From: Candidatus Bathyarchaeota archaeon
GTDB lineage: Archaea; Thermoproteota; Bathyarchaeia; Bathyarchaeales; Bathycorpusculaceae
Assembly: GCA_963815095.1 (NCBI GenBank)
Contig: CAWFFH010000005.1
Coordinates: forward strand, 1-64,000
Direction of reading: 5' to 3'
Length of the DNA: 64,000 nucleotides
The translations under genes and the position numbers were made by a program. The notes beneath the pieces were generated by a model that was given only the letters and a program-made list of their open reading frames with translations, was not told the origin of the DNA and searched no databases. Positions 63,972 to 64,000 of the stretch are shown in pieces (positions within the stretch are counted from its first letter, which is position 1; every line of letters begins with the position of its first letter).

Positions 63972-64000
63972 GGTCTTTCTCAAGAATTTAGTTTTACCCT

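Overview
Archaeal chromosomal window, most likely Bathyarchaeia or a related TACK lineage. This is an inference from the Cdv/ESCRT genes, a group II chaperonin, archaeal-type ApgM and FolE2/MptA, and PEF-CTERM-like tails. In order it holds: (1) a CPA2 antiporter, a PRC-barrel gene and two degenerate tRNA 3'-end scars; (2) two PAS histidine kinases; (3) an AT-rich surface-glycosylation island of about 16 kb; (4) a 9-kb toxin-antitoxin/surface-protein island with five intact TA pairs, where modules are separated by four direct copies of a ~50-bp bulged hairpin (cassette-array-like, the most unusual signal here); (5) secreted proteins: a 1899-aa multidomain protein and an S53 peptidase that share a C-terminal domain, plus a collagen-like protein; (6) a Cys-rich NosL/MerB-like plus MacB/LolCDE-type ABC operon next to tatC/tatA; (7) a truncated chaperonin abutting an exact partial tatA duplicate; (8) apgM, a four-gene ESCRT-III/cdvA/cdvB/cdvC division locus, pyrK/pyrD, a 16-aa Lys-rich micro-ORF, mptA and queD. 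Many single-base frameshifts look like sequencing or assembly indels. No rRNA, intact tRNA, CRISPR array, transposase or integrase was recognised.
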